From: Chloroflexota bacterium
GTDB lineage: Bacteria; Chloroflexota; Dehalococcoidia; DSTF01; RBG-16-68-14
Length of the DNA stretch: 64,000 nt
Assembly (NCBI GenBank): GCA_022565155.1
Contig: JADFKB010000001.1
Span: 17,170 to 81,169 of the forward strand
Reading direction: 5' to 3'
Below the pieces are notes generated by a model. It made no database searches. It worked only from the letters and a program-made list of their open reading frames with translations, and had not been told where the DNA came from. This document shows positions 63,803 to 64,000 of this stretch, piece by piece. A program made the translations under genes and the position numbers. Positions within the stretch are counted from its first letter, which is position 1; every line of letters begins with the position of its first letter.

Positions 63803-64000
63803 ATGCTACGCGACCCCGCCGCCAAACGCTACGCGCAGGCCGCTTTCGAGCTGGCCAGCGAACGCGGCGAGCTCGACACCTGGGAGGCCGACATGCGCTC
63901 CCTGGGCGAAGCGCTCGCTTCAGCGGAGGCAATCGCTTACGTAGAGGATCGGCGCGCGCCGTCTGACGCGAAGCTGACGTTCATCCAACGAACGGCGGGC
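63803..64000 (+). CDS. atpH: ATP synthase subunit delta (5' partial, runs off the window)
   Basis: Starts 1 nt after the atpF stop; AKRYAQAAFELA is an OSCP/delta-like N-terminus. Confidence 0.6.
   Translation, partial: MLRDPAAKRYAQAAFELASERGELDTWEADMRSLGEALASAEAIAYVEDRRAPSDAKLTFIQRTAG

Overview
This is a 64 kb high-GC (roughly 65%, judged by eye) chromosomal window that is almost entirely core metabolism and housekeeping, with a few accessory insertions.

Gene order, left to right:
- yceD-like, rpmF, fabD, fabG, nusB, acpP
- tatA, tatC
- a split TSUP/TauE permease, a family-4 uracil-DNA glycosylase, RNase J
- a lower-GC stand-alone MBL-fold gene, then ftsK
- two secreted enzymes carrying C-terminal dockerin modules (an S8 protease and a PQQ/SGL-type sugar dehydrogenase)
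- two tandem MFS transporters, a PLDc_N zinc-ribbon protein, a frameshifted Pta-N/DRTGG-like gene, and tRNA-Phe
- a VOC protein, an LLM flavin oxidoreductase, an SDR, and tRNA-Thr
- next to tRNA-Thr, a 1.75 kb lower-GC insert bounded by 91-bp direct repeats that carries a lipoprotein sugar dehydrogenase
- a complete nitrogen-control module: GYD protein, then an atypical OmpR-family GlnR-like regulator, amt, glnK, glnA and a second GS
- a cupredoxin
- two tandemly duplicated dockerin proteins of unknown function, whose duplication unit includes a nuoN 3' fragment
- an 11-gene nuoABC-lipoprotein-DHIJKLMN operon that lacks nuoEFG
- valS, a hypothetical coupled to secA, secA, prs
- a class-A beta-lactamase-like lipoprotein, cinA, a PAS-GGDEF cyclase, pyrF, a DUF951 protein
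- two tandem MFS transporters, a bifunctional nuclease, and the start of the ATP synthase operon (atpZ/I-like, atpB with a large insertion, atpE, atpF, atpH partial)

The most notable signals are:
- actinobacterial-type GlnR boxes (GTAAC/GAAAC pentamers at 11-bp phasing) upstream of amt and glnA2, consistent with the adjacent GlnR-like regulator
- dockerin modules on four secreted proteins
- the tRNA-Thr-flanked insertion
- a diverged 79-bp tandem copy of the fabD 5' end that forms an overlapping upstream ORF
- the low-GC MBL-fold gene

I saw no CRISPR array, transposase, integrase or recognisable defence system. All coordinates and motifs were read by eye from the sequence; no searches were run.
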